Below, piece after piece: positions 36,737 through 40,236 of a stretch of DNA of 40,236 nucleotides. Made by a program: the position numbers and the translations under genes. How positions within the stretch are numbered: the stretch's first letter is position 1; each line of letters opens with the position of its first letter. The notes beneath the pieces are model-generated. The model made no database searches, was not told where the DNA came from, and saw nothing but the letters and a program-made list of their open reading frames with translations. The DNA is from Kudoa neothunni (taxonomy: Eukaryota; Animalia; Cnidaria): assembly GCA_964304625.1 (NCBI GenBank), contig OZ199839.1, positions 9,706,814 through 9,747,049 on the forward strand, read 5' to 3'.

Positions 36737-37374
36737 CTAGCGCAAAAACCCCGCTTCGCTTGGGTTTCCTTGCCCGACCACGCTGACTTTGGCCTGGAAT
36801 AGGCCAAGGTCATTTTACGTTAAGAGTTAAATTATAATTATTTTATCGTTCTTTTGACTAAAGTGTTCATCGAAATTGACATTAATAACCCGATCATCTT
36901 CCCTTTATTTTCATTTAGAAGTTACGAATCATATGTTCTTGCAACTCGTGTTGCTTATTAATCTCGTTTTTAAATAATAAATCTTCGTTAAGGACGCCTC
37001 ACCGCCTACGCGTCAACGAATGTTGTAGAGCTTGATAACTTAGTTTAAAGTGTATAAAGAGTAAAGTTTAATGTTACAATTGTAGTTAAATAATATATAT
37101 TAAAGTTATATACGCATATTATTGAACATTATAGCGAATCACATGATAAAGTAATCTTATTATTGTCAGCGCTAATCTGTTTACAAAAAGTTGACACTAC
37201 AAATTCACCACTTTATAAGAAAGCAGACAATCCCGTTATATTTTTGTAGTTAATTTTGTATTTTTTAAAGTATACTAAGATACTCAAACATTAAAGAAAG
37301 TCTCTGTATGAGGAGAAGATTTGTGCGTACAGACACACGAACACTACTACTTTATATATATAGATATAGATAGA
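36737..37374 (-). mobile_element. Non-autonomous Helitron-like element (~630 bp)
   Basis: a|ctag (36737-36740) with hairpin aaaccc-cgcttcgctt-gggttt. Other end acagacacacg...ctttatatatatagat, which is A|TC on the minus strand. Same end architecture as the element at 11014. Confidence 0.65.
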
Positions 37375-38880
37375 TTTTAGTAAATACGTATATTTTTTGC
37401 ATAAATTATTCTTTTAACAAATGTACTAAAAAAATTTATTTCATTTGCTCAATTATCACATTTGATAACTTAATTTACAGATTATTTTACATTTATTATT
37501 AAATTAAACTTATCCATAAGATATAAATAAGCATTTCTATGAAAGTTGCTTTAATTGGCGAAATTAATCGAAGCTGATCCGACAGCATCATGCAGGATTA
37601 TAATGGGATTAATTTTAAAAGTATTTCACATTATCTTCTAGGCGACTGATTTAATAAATTTAAAAATCAACAAAATTGCTTCAACCTAATTTTTACAACA
37701 AATTCATAATGAAATTTTGGATTTAAAATTTTCTTGAAGTAGAAGAAATGAGCTGTAGATGGGTATTTGTAATGTTGGTGTATTTGTACAATAATATTAC
37801 ATTAGATACGCATGAAAATAACAAAAACTTAATTATATACCATAAAATGATATAAAAACTGAAATGAATTTAAGATTAAGAAAAGTAAACAAATTGTAAT
37901 GTTGCTGGATTTTATCTATGGTAATTAAAGGAATATCTTTTTAGACATAGTTCCAAAAAAATCGAGAGCGACGCAGTTTATGCAATTCTATGTAACATTT
38001 ACAATATTTAATTAAAAAAATTCGGCACTCGTTAAAAATTATGCTTGTGTATATCAGTAATTTATTATGCTTTAAAAAATTACACTCATGTGCAGGTAAA
38101 ATGTAACGAACCATATATGCAATATGTGTAGTTTGTGAATTATTTAGGTCCCAATCAGATTTCTAACACATTTCGTCAACTATTTTGTTTATAACAATAT
38201 CCACTTATTAAACTTTAATGTAGTAAAGTTATTTTTAATTATAAATAAGAATGGACTTAATAAATAAAGGCTTACATAAGCAAATTACAATGTTGAGGCT
38301 TAAGCATAGATAAATACAAAAATTTAGACTTTTTTCGGTGAGCCCATGTTAGGAATAACTGATTTAACACAAACCATTTTATAACTAAATTAAAAGAAGT
38401 AAAATGATATATTTTGAATACACTAAATTCAAATAAAATTATAATAAAACAAATATTGTTAGTGATACATGTTAGTTAGATGATTGAACAGAGATATTAA
38501 CAAGATAAACAATTTCTTTAATAAATATAAAAACAATGAGTCATTATTATTTATATAAATTTTTTTGACATTTTTTAATTATCAATTATTTATCTATAAC
38601 TAATTCTATGCTGTACGTGATAAACGATTTTACGCAATTATTAATGTGTTTCATTCTTTATTGCACATACGATTAAAATTTTTTCCATAAAATATCGATT
38701 AATTACAAAATTGAGACTTCAATACATTAAATAATGTATAAATTGGACATAAAATAAAATTTACAAAAACTCAATTATTATTAATGTTTGTACATGAATG
38801 AATAATATTCAAAAACATTCGGTTAGAACATTGAATATCATTCGCTGAAATTCAGATAATTATCTCGAGTTAGATTTTAT

Positions 38881-40236
38881 ATGACAATATTTTTGTCAAT
38901 GAGGTATATTGCAAACACACTTCTACTGATTTTAGGAAGTAGCAATTTATTAAAAATTCATGATAAATATTTGGTAAATAGTTATTCAAGAAAAACATGT
39001 TTCTTCCATTGAGATTGATAATAATCGTATGACTTTGAAATTCTCAAATGAAGAAAATAAATATTCTATTTCAATTTCTGGATATAATATCGAAAATAGT
39101 AAAAGGAAATGTGCCCTACAATATTATGATACGACAGAACCATCATTGAAAAGTATTCCTACTTGCAATACTGATATTGGAAATGGAAGTGAGGATCAAG
39201 AAGCAAAAATGTGCGTTTACAATTGTAAAAAAGTTCAGCTAAAAATCACTGGAGAACAACTTAAGACCATCAAATACTTAAAATGGTGTCAAGGAAAGGA
39301 TGATAAAAGCGTTAAAACATGTCGAGACAGGAGAGTTTATAAGGTTAAAGGTAAGACTAAATTTTTCAATGTTATTATAATAACGATTTTAGATATTTAT
39401 TTGAAAAGCGAGTTTTCGGCAACGAAAATCAATGATGAATTTTCCATTTCCATTAAAAACAAAGTAAATGGTGGCTTCTCTACCATGTTTGATCTTAAGA
39501 CAGAAACAAATGAAAATTCAAATAATGAATTTTATACACAAAAAACTATTAAAATGGCTGCAAAATCACATAATGCACATTACGCTATTTATTTTGCCGA
39601 TAAATCTCCCGAAATATTTCTTAACCCCAAAAAACCCATCGATGATTGGTTTATTGCAATTGGATCGAAACATATTGAAAGCACCAAATATTATTATACT
39701 ATTACACTTGAAAATCCGGAACCTTCCAAGATTTGCTACTTTGGAATAAAAGAAATAAATGAATCTCATTTTACCTCAAATTGTTCAAGCTTCAATAAGG
39801 CGGGACCATGTCTTCAACCATGTTTTAAAGCGACATTATTTCATGATTTGGATTTAAGTTTTGCTCAAGTTATGGTAAAATCGTATGATGCCTTAGCATC
39901 TAAAGAGTTTATTCAAACTGTGCAATGTATTAAAGCATAATTTATATTTTTTAATTATTGTATAGTTGATACTCCTCATGTAACTGTTAATCCCCTCAAA
40001 GAGCAGATCACACTAGATTTAAACAACTTAAACAAAGATGTGATGTCTGGAAATGCCGTCAATACCGCATCAATATCAGAAATTAAACTGATAAAAAAAT
40101 ATCTTGGAATCGAATCAGTTGGTGAAGATCCTACTTATACCGAATCTGGAGTAGGTCTTGATTTTGGTTCAAAAACTGTGACGCAACTAACACCTTTAAC
40201 AGAATATATTATAAAAGTAAAAATAACGGGACTTAT
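38881..40236 (+). CDS. Paralog 3 of the Cys-rich FN3-like membrane protein, 5' part; runs off the window
   Basis: Exons 38881-38938 (MTIFLSMRYIANTLLLILG), 38982-39350, 39393-39926, 39966-end. Phase-1 introns of 43, 42 and 39 nt at the same positions as in paralogs 1 and 2. No lesions seen. Confidence 0.88.

Noticed and set aside
36784-36812. Hairpin tgactttggcct-ggaat-aggccaaggtca resembling a terminator or ncRNA
   Set aside because: Lies inside the Helitron-like element in eukaryotic DNA; no other RNA-gene evidence.
39029-39940. 303-aa ORF as a standalone gene
   Set aside because: Exons 2 and 3 of paralog 3 joined through a stop-free 42-nt intron (39351-39392).
1-40236. CRISPR array, tRNA or rRNA genes
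   Set aside because: No regularly spaced repeats, cloverleaf or rRNA-like sequence seen.

Overview
AT-rich eukaryotic, probably animal, genomic DNA with very short GT-AG introns, mostly 36-46 nt. It is not prokaryotic, so the ORF track fragments every real gene. The window holds a tandem array of three + strand paralogs encoding a large cysteine-rich cell-surface protein. Copy 1 (4140-10930) is a pseudogene, copy 2 (25227-32055) is intact with 22 exons and 1938 aa by manual splicing, and copy 3 (38881 to window end) is partial. The protein has a signal peptide, about 18 FN3-like modules of ~100 aa on symmetric phase-1 exons (most with a C...C...CxxxC signature), one TM helix and a short tail ending YDL. 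The spacers are filled with DNA transposons, several with readable TIRs and TSDs: two piggyBac, a Ginger (4-bp TSD), a MULE (9-bp TSD, intron-bearing transposase), hAT derivatives, a TA-flanked TIR family in two inverted copies, and Helitron-like elements, partly nested. The most unusual signal is in the stalk region. There the reading frame to the TM exon closes only if two consecutive introns are nested twin introns ([D1,2] stwintrons): an internal ~40-nt intron splits the G|T of the outer intron's donor. The arrangement recurs at the same positions in copy 1. To my knowledge such stwintrons are described from fungi. All splice models are inferred from sequence and paralog comparison, with no transcript data.
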